Origin: an uncultured Veillonellaceae bacterium
Lineage (GTDB): Bacteria; Bacillota; Negativicutes; UBA1444
NCBI GenBank assembly: GCA_964638945.1
Contig: CAZXCC010000001.1
Location: forward strand, 47,945 to 111,944
Length of the DNA: 64,000 nucleotides
Direction of reading: 5' to 3'
The notes under the pieces are model-generated. The model was not told the DNA's origin, did no database searches, and saw only the letters and a program-made list of their open reading frames with translations. The translations under genes and the position numbers were made by a program. Within the stretch, counting starts at the first letter, position 1, and each line of letters begins with the position of its first letter. Below, piece after piece: positions 58,179 through 64,000 of the stretch.

Positions 58179-59180
58179 GTGACGAAAAAATGGACTCTGG
58201 TTTCCCTGTTTCTGGTACTGACCATGCTTGCGGTGGCAGGCTGCGGCGGTGGCGCAAAACCTGAGGCAAAGCCGGAAGCGCCCAAGGCAACCTTCCCAAC
58301 GAAAGCAGTTTCAGTCATCGTTCCTTATAACGCCGGCGGCGGCACCGATTTAACCGCACGGGCGCTTGCCAAGGCAAGCGAAAAACATCTTGGCAAACCG
58401 ATCGTCATTGTCAACAAATCCGGCGGAGGAGGGGCCGTTGGGTTTTCTGAAGGCTCAAACGCCAAACCTGACGGCTACACAGTCACCATGGTCACCGTAG
58501 AGCTCACCACTCTGCGCCATCTGGGACTTGCCACCAACAGTTACAAGGATTTCAAGGCAATCGCCCAGATCAACTATGATCCTTCGGCAATTACCGTAAA
58601 AGCTGACTCGCCCTGGAAGAATGCCAAGGAATTCCTGGCTTATGCGAAAGCCCATCCTGGCGAAGTGAAAGAAGGAAATTCCGGCCCTGGGTCAATCTGG
58701 CACTTGTCGGCTGCCGGTGTTGAAAAATCGGCAGGCGTGAAATTCACACATATCCCCTTTGACGGCGCTGCGCCGGCAGTTATTGCCCTCATGGGCGGCC
58801 ATGTCGACGTCGTTTTTGTCAGCCCGGCCGAAGTCAAGGCCCAAGTGGAAGCCGGAAAAATAAGGCCTCTGGCTATTGTTGACTCCAAGCCGTCTGATGC
58901 CCTGCCGGGCGTGAAAACGTTCGAAGAGGAAACCGGCATCAAAACGACCTTTGTAGGTCCTTGGCGCGGCCTCTGCGTACCGAAAGACACCCCAGAGGAT
59001 ATCGCCAAGATTCTGACCGACGCCTTCATGAAAGGGGCGAATGAGCCGGAATTCAAGGACTATATGAAGAAGAACGGCCTCGGCATGGCCATCAAAGATG
59101 GCGCCGGATTCACGAAATTGATGGCGGATAGCGATGCCGCCTTCGCCGAACTGGTACCGGCCCTTGGCCTCAAGAAATAG
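58179..59180 (+). CDS. tctC: tripartite tricarboxylate transporter substrate-binding protein
   Basis: TctC-family sequence, lipobox AVAGCGGG; GTG start. Confidence 0.75.
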   Translation: MTKKWTLVSLFLVLTMLAVAGCGGGAKPEAKPEAPKATFPTKAVSVIVPYNAGGGTDLTARALAKASEKHLGKPIVIVNKSGGGGAVGFSEGSNAKPDGYTVTMVTVELTTLRHLGLATNSYKDFKAIAQINYDPSAITVKADSPWKNAKEFLAYAKAHPGEVKEGNSGPGSIWHLSAAGVEKSAGVKFTHIPFDGAAPAVIALMGGHVDVVFVSPAEVKAQVEAGKIRPLAIVDSKPSDALPGVKTFEEETGIKTTFVGPWRGLCVPKDTPEDIAKILTDAFMKGANEPEFKDYMKKNGLGMAIKDGAGFTKLMADSDAAFAELVPALGLKK

Positions 59181-59229
59181 AGAAGAATTATCAATGTTCC
59201 ACCTTGTTTGAAGCATTCCGTCGACTATC

Positions 59230-59274
59230 GGAGGTCGTTCTCTATGCGTCCCGAGAACGGCCTCCTTCGTTGTT
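59230..59274 (+). terminator. intra-operon hairpin (13-bp stem, one mismatch) plus T-rich tail between tctC and tctB; partial terminator/attenuator
   Basis: GGAGGTCGTTCTC..GAGAACGGCCTCC TTCGTTGTT. Confidence 0.45.
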
Positions 59275-59332
59275 ACACTGATTCTCCAGATTTCATCATG
59301 CCTCTACACTCCATTTGGAAGGACTTGATAAC

Positions 59333-59782
59333 ATGAAGAATGCTGGTGTTTGGTCTGGTATTATAATTATGTGCATCGGAGGGATATTCCTGTGGGGATC
59401 CCTGGGCCTGAAATATTCGAGTCCTGTAGGACCGGGGCCGGGGTTGTTTCCCTTCTGGCTAAGCATTATTTTAATCTGCGTCTCGCCTTTTTACATATGG
59501 GAATCGATAAAAAAAGACGTCATCTTGTTGTCGGATGTAATACCCAGGGGCAAAGAATTGAAAAGTCTTGTCGGCATTGCAATTTCTCCGGTGGTTTTTA
59601 TGGTCCTCGTTCCTTTTACCGGATTTTGCATTGCCGGGACGGTTCTCATGCTGATGCTTCTAATGCGTGAGTATAAATGGCAGTCGGCGTTGGCGATTTC
59701 CCTGATCACAGCGATAGTCACCTTTCTGCTTTTTAATTCTTTTCTGGATGTGCCGCTGCCTGTCAACGCATTCGGTTGGTAA
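59333..59782 (+). CDS. tctB: tripartite tricarboxylate transporter small membrane subunit
   Basis: 150 aa 4-TM protein between tctC and tctA. Confidence 0.65.
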   Translation: MKNAGVWSGIIIMCIGGIFLWGSLGLKYSSPVGPGPGLFPFWLSIILICVSPFYIWESIKKDVILLSDVIPRGKELKSLVGIAISPVVFMVLVPFTGFCIAGTVLMLMLLMREYKWQSALAISLITAIVTFLLFNSFLDVPLPVNAFGW

Positions 59783-59794
59783 GGGGAGAGTAAT

Positions 59795-61291
59795 ATGGAA
59801 CAATGGATCGGCGGCTTCCACACCGCACTTTCGGGATGGAATCTGCTTTATTGCTTAATCGGAGTAACGATTGGCATGCTAATCGGAGTTCTGCCGGGAA
59901 TCGGACCCACAACAGGTACGGCGGTATTATTGCCGATTTCTTTCAGCATGGAGCCGGTATCGGCGATCATCATGCTGGCGGGAATTTATTACGGGGCGAT
60001 GTATGGTGGCACTGTCACCTCGGTGCTTATCAATGTGCCAGGCGAAGCGGCCTCCGTCATCACCTGTCTGGACGGATACCCCATGGCCAAGCAGGGCAGG
60101 GCAGGGGCCGCCCTCGGGATTGCCGGAATCGGCTCGTTTATCGGTGGCACGATTTCCATATTCGGGCTGGCGTTTATCGGTCCACCGTTGGCAAATTTCG
60201 CTCTGAGGTTTGGACCGCCGGAATTCTTCGCCCTCATGGTTTTGGGGATGACGATGGTTATCGGTTTGTTGGGCAAATCTACGATCCGCGGCATCGTTTC
60301 CGCGGTCTTGGGGTTAAATCTCGCGCTCATCGGTCAGGACCCGACCTCAGGCTCCCTCCGGTTTACCATGGGTATACCGTATTTGATGGGCGGCATCGAC
60401 TTTGTGACCGTTGCCATGGGTCTATTTGGATTGTCGGAGATTCTCCTCAGCGCGGAAGCAAGCTATAAAGCCGAAAAACCTGCGGAAATAACAAGTGTTT
60501 TCCCCAAACCCGAAGAATGGATACCCAGTCTGAAGGCTATCGGACGGGGAACGGGCATCGGCTTTCTGATCGGCCTGATTCCCGGCACTAATTCTGTCAT
60601 TCCGGCGATTCTCTCCTATGCGGCCGAAAAGAAGCTGGCCAAAGATCCCTCCCGTTTCGGCAAAGGAGCGATCGAAGGCGTGGCCGGGCCGGAAACAGCC
60701 AACAATTCCTACTGCGGCGGTGCTCTTATCCCCCTGTTCACCTTGGGGATTCCCAGTTCACCGACCATCGCCATCTTGTTTGGGGCGTTCATAATGCATG
60801 GCTTAACCCCGGGGCCGACACTGTTCGTAAACAATCCCGATTTCGTGTGGGGCATCATCGCCAGTATGTTCATCGGAAACGCAATGCTGCTCGTCATGAA
60901 CGTGCCGATGGCCCGCTATTGGGCTAAGATCGCCACAGTGCCATTCGAGTTGCTGTTTCCGATCATCGTGCTTATTTCGGTTGTTGGCGCCTATACCGTC
61001 AATAACAGCCTGTGGGACGTAGGACTGATGGTTGTCTTTGGTATTATGGGCTATTTTATGAAGAAACTTGACATGCCGATGGCCCCCATCGTTTTAACTT
61101 TTGTTTTGGGGAAAATGATGGAAGCCTCCCTGCTTCAATCCCTGACCATGTTCCACGGGAGCTTTCTCGCCATCTTCCAGCGCCCCATTGCTGGCACGCT
61201 TTTGAGTTTGGCGATCCTGATCATCGCTTTTAGCTTGTTTTCAGGCATTAAGAGAAAACGCGACATCTTTTCCAGCGATGTTGAAATGTAA
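59795..61291 (+). CDS. tctA: tripartite tricarboxylate transporter large permease
   Basis: 498 aa multi-TM TctA family. Confidence 0.8.
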   Translation: MEQWIGGFHTALSGWNLLYCLIGVTIGMLIGVLPGIGPTTGTAVLLPISFSMEPVSAIIMLAGIYYGAMYGGTVTSVLINVPGEAASVITCLDGYPMAKQGRAGAALGIAGIGSFIGGTISIFGLAFIGPPLANFALRFGPPEFFALMVLGMTMVIGLLGKSTIRGIVSAVLGLNLALIGQDPTSGSLRFTMGIPYLMGGIDFVTVAMGLFGLSEILLSAEASYKAEKPAEITSVFPKPEEWIPSLKAIGRGTGIGFLIGLIPGTNSVIPAILSYAAEKKLAKDPSRFGKGAIEGVAGPETANNSYCGGALIPLFTLGIPSSPTIAILFGAFIMHGLTPGPTLFVNNPDFVWGIIASMFIGNAMLLVMNVPMARYWAKIATVPFELLFPIIVLISVVGAYTVNNSLWDVGLMVVFGIMGYFMKKLDMPMAPIVLTFVLGKMMEASLLQSLTMFHGSFLAIFQRPIAGTLLSLAILIIAFSLFSGIKRKRDIFSSDVEM

Positions 61292-61456
61292 GTCTGGTAT
61301 ATCATCTGCCTGTTTGCGGAATTATTGCATGACCCGCTTCCGTAGGCGACAGAAATCCAAAGTGTAAAGCTTATTTTAAATTGCAGGGCAGATCCCGATG
61401 CAGGGATTTGTCCTTCTTTTATGGTATTACTCTTGTTAGAGAGGGGGAGTGCGGCT

Positions 61457-63199
61457 ATGTTGCAGCAAATTTCCTGGAAAATCGGCGGGCAACAGGGAGA
61501 AGGAATCGAAAGTGCTGGAGAATTGTTGGCTACAGGACTGAACCAACTGGGGTATTATCTTTATGGGTACCGTGTTTTTTCCTCCCGCATACGAGGGGGA
61601 CATACCAATTACAATATCCGTGTCAGTTCAGTACCGATTGCCTCTGTTGCGGACGGGATAGATGTTTTAATTGCACTGGATCAGGAAACGATTGCTCTAT
61701 GCGCGCGGGAAGTGCACAATGGCGGTCTGATTCTTGCCGATAGTTCTTTTTCTCCTGTGTTGCCGGAAGCGCTCCAGGTATCAATGGTTTCCGTACCACT
61801 GGCAGAATTGGCCGCAAAGGCAGGCAGCGCAAAAATGAAAAATGTTGCAGCAGTGGGGATGACTGTGGCCATGCTCGGGCTGGCGGCGACAAAATGGGAA
61901 AAACCGTTGAATGAGGAATTTGCCCCGAAAGGGGACAAGATTTTGCAGGAAAATTTGGCATCGCTCCAAAACGGCTGGGACTATGCCATGACAATGACTG
62001 ACTTCGCCGGTAGGTGGAAAATGGAAGCTGGAGATGGAATCCCCAGGCTCTACGTAATAGGCAATGAGACGATCAGCCGGGGAGCAGTTGCCGCCGGTGC
62101 GAAATTTATGGCGGCATATCCCATCACGCCGGCATCGGAAATCATGGAAAACATGGTGCAACGACTGCCGGAGCAGGGCGGACGCATGGTACAGACAGAA
62201 GACGAAATCGCTGCCTGCATGATGGCCATCGGAGCCAATTATGCAGGCGTTCGAGCCTTCACTGCCACATCGGGTCCGGGATTGTCCTTGATGGCGGAAT
62301 CGATCGGGCTGGCGGCTATGACGGAAACTCCGCTGGTGGTCATCGATGTGCAGCGTGGAGGACCATCCACCGGTCTGCCGACAAAACATGAGCAGTCTGA
62401 TGTTTTGGCGGCGCTTTTTTCCACTCATGGCGAGGCGCCAAAAATCGTCCTGGCGCCGGATTCCATTGCGGCGGCGTATCAGGATACGATCGAAGCGTTT
62501 AATCTGGCGGAAGAATTTCAATGTCCGGTGATTTTGTTGTCCGATATGCAGCTTTCACTTGGCGTACAGACCATCGCTGCGTTGCCGGACGAGTCGCCGG
62601 AGCAGCGACGCGGGAATTTGATGCCGGCGGATTCTTTGCCTGAATTACCGAAAAACCAGTACTTTCGGAGATACCAGGTAACGCCGGACGGAATATCGCC
62701 GCGAGTCATTCCGGGAACGAAAAATGGCATGCATCACTCGACCGGCCTGGAACACGATGAGACCGGACGACCCTTTGAAGGAACAGCCAACCGGGTTGCA
62801 CAGACTGATAAACGACAGAGAAAATTGGCGACGGTTGTTAAACAATTTTCCCACCCCGTAAAGAGAGATACACCATACGAAGAAGCGGATTTGCTGGTTA
62901 TCGGAGTCGGTGCGTCTTCCGGTCCGATGACGGAAGCGGTGGCGCGATTGCGGCAAGACGGCATTCGTGTCAATCAGGCAGTGATCCGTCTGCTGCAGCC
63001 GTTTCCGACGGATCTGTTGGAGACGGAAATGGTGAAAGCAAAACAGATTGTTGTCGTGGAACACAATGCCACAGCGCAGTTGGCCGCTTTGATCCGGATG
63101 CGCACGACGGTTGGAAGGCCTGTCCACTCCGTATTGAAATATGACGGAAATCCATTTCGGCCGGCGGAAATCGATGCCGGTTGCCGGGAGGTGTTATAA
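61457..63199 (+). CDS. korA: 2-oxoacid:ferredoxin oxidoreductase alpha subunit (gamma-alpha fusion)
   Basis: N-terminal gamma-like domain then POR alpha domain; 580 aa; GAGGGGGAG RBS. Confidence 0.8.
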   Translation: MLQQISWKIGGQQGEGIESAGELLATGLNQLGYYLYGYRVFSSRIRGGHTNYNIRVSSVPIASVADGIDVLIALDQETIALCAREVHNGGLILADSSFSPVLPEALQVSMVSVPLAELAAKAGSAKMKNVAAVGMTVAMLGLAATKWEKPLNEEFAPKGDKILQENLASLQNGWDYAMTMTDFAGRWKMEAGDGIPRLYVIGNETISRGAVAAGAKFMAAYPITPASEIMENMVQRLPEQGGRMVQTEDEIAACMMAIGANYAGVRAFTATSGPGLSLMAESIGLAAMTETPLVVIDVQRGGPSTGLPTKHEQSDVLAALFSTHGEAPKIVLAPDSIAAAYQDTIEAFNLAEEFQCPVILLSDMQLSLGVQTIAALPDESPEQRRGNLMPADSLPELPKNQYFRRYQVTPDGISPRVIPGTKNGMHHSTGLEHDETGRPFEGTANRVAQTDKRQRKLATVVKQFSHPVKRDTPYEEADLLVIGVGASSGPMTEAVARLRQDGIRVNQAVIRLLQPFPTDLLETEMVKAKQIVVVEHNATAQLAALIRMRTTVGRPVHSVLKYDGNPFRPAEIDAGCREVL

Positions 63200-63954
63200 T
63201 GTCGTCTGTTGCAGATTTTCAGTTTAATGTCAAACAAAACTGGTGCCCTGGTTGCGGTGATTACTCCGTACAGGCGGCGATTCAGCGTGCACTCGGCAAT
63301 CTTGGCGTCGGGCCGCATGAAGTGGTCATTGTATCAGGCATTGGCTGTTCCAGCCGGTTGCCGGGATATGTGAACACCTATGGTTTTCACTCTACCCATG
63401 GCCGGTCACTTCCCATGGCGCAAGGCGTCAAGCTTGCCAATCCGGCTTTGACCGTACTGGCGTGCGGCGGTGACGGCGACGGTTTTGCCATCGGGCTTGG
63501 ACACACCATCCATGCCATGCGTCGCAACGTGGACATTACCTACATCGTTATGGACAATCATGTCTATGGATTGACAAAGGGACAGGTTTCGCCGCGCAGC
63601 GATCTGGGTTTCAAGACAAAGACAAGCCCAAATGGTTCTACAGAACCGCCGGTTCCGGCTTTGGAAGTGGCGCTGGCGTCTGGGGCGGGTTTTGTGGCAC
63701 AGGGTTTTTCAAAAGACTTGAATGAGCTTGCTGCGTTGATTGAAGCTGGAATCCGGCATAAGGGCTTTTCCTATATCAATGTCTTCAGTCCCTGTGTTAC
63801 TTTCAACAAGGTAAACACTTACGAATGGTATAGCCAAAGGCTGAAGCGGATTTCCGACATCGACGGATATAATCCGGCAAACCGTGCGGTCGCCATGCAA
63901 TGTGTGATGGAATACGATGGACTGGTTACCGGTCTGGTGTATGAGAGGAAATAA
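63199..63954 (+). CDS. korB: 2-oxoacid:ferredoxin oxidoreductase beta subunit (TPP-binding)
   Basis: TPP motif GDGDGFAIG, Cys motif CPGCGDY. Confidence 0.8.
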   Translation: MSSVADFQFNVKQNWCPGCGDYSVQAAIQRALGNLGVGPHEVVIVSGIGCSSRLPGYVNTYGFHSTHGRSLPMAQGVKLANPALTVLACGGDGDGFAIGLGHTIHAMRRNVDITYIVMDNHVYGLTKGQVSPRSDLGFKTKTSPNGSTEPPVPALEVALASGAGFVAQGFSKDLNELAALIEAGIRHKGFSYINVFSPCVTFNKVNTYEWYSQRLKRISDIDGYNPANRAVAMQCVMEYDGLVTGLVYERK

Positions 63955-63968
63955 ATGATGAAGACCCC

Positions 63969-63996
63969 GGCTCAAAATAGCCGGGGTCTTCATCGG
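63969..63996 (+). terminator. GC-rich hairpin (GAAGACCCCGGCT..AGCCGGGGTCTTC) after korB; T-tail would lie beyond the window end
   Basis: read directly; truncated by window. Confidence 0.4.
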
Positions 63997-64000
63997 GGGG

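Noticed and set aside
63199-63954. korB being C-terminally truncated
   Set aside because: Shorter than some beta subunits, but the ORF has a proper stop followed by a hairpin, and all TPP and Cys motifs are present; treated as intact.

Overview
The window is dense (about 90% coding), shows no synteny break, and looks like a Firmicutes-type chromosome. hydF, a B12-dependent mutase, 2-oxoacid:ferredoxin oxidoreductase and several Fe-S enzymes suggest an anaerobe; this is inference. The centrepiece (about 5.9-23.3 kb) is a contiguous, co-directional 16-gene cluster. It matches, enzyme for enzyme, the Eubacterium barkeri nicotinate fermentation pathway: nicotinate dehydrogenase NdhFSLM with the molybdopterin subunit split into L and M, 6-hydroxynicotinate reductase, enamidase, 2-(hydroxymethyl)glutarate dehydrogenase and dehydratase, B12-dependent 2-methyleneglutarate mutase with an adjacent GlmL-like reactivase, 3-methylitaconate isomerase, dimethylmaleate hydratase AB and 2,3-dimethylmalate lyase. 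It is preceded by a near-consensus sigma-54 promoter with a perfect palindromic upstream site. Upstream lies a sigma-54 enhancer-binding protein whose N-terminus is a tandem duplication of an uncharacterised roughly 95-aa sensory domain. The same domain forms the N-terminus of two soluble (transmembrane-less) MCP-like proteins in the window, and each of those genes has its own sigma-54 promoter. Together these look like an undescribed dedicated sensing and taxis module tied to nicotinate catabolism. Other content: a lone MIO-type ammonia-lyase, a SAM methyltransferase, an MFS transporter behind a perfect 14-bp palindrome, a DUF2284 protein, and a REC-REC-PEP-synthase-like signalling protein. 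A second sigma-54 module comprises NADP glutamate dehydrogenase, a PAS sigma-54 activator, a sigma-54 promoter, a five-gene HcnABC/PDH1-like Fe-S flavoprotein dehydrogenase (probably proline) and P5C dehydrogenase RocA. Also present: an orphan LivJ-like binding protein behind a strong promoter and 216-nt leader, a secreted Arg/Glu-rich repeat protein, a 955-aa Tat-exported protein of unknown function, and a PBPb-GAF-GGDEF-EAL c-di-GMP protein. A hydF-aspA-TM1266-like ACT gene trio is present, with hydE/hydG outside the window. Further genes: a dCache MCP, an EFR1-type ferredoxin, a GtrA/GT2/GT39 three-component glycosylation set, a sulfonate/nitrate-type ABC transporter, a TctCBA transporter and korAB. 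No rRNA, tRNA, CRISPR array or mobile element was recognised. Gene starts were refined by eye from RBS and start-codon context; any coordinate not taken directly from the ORF track is approximate (a few nt).
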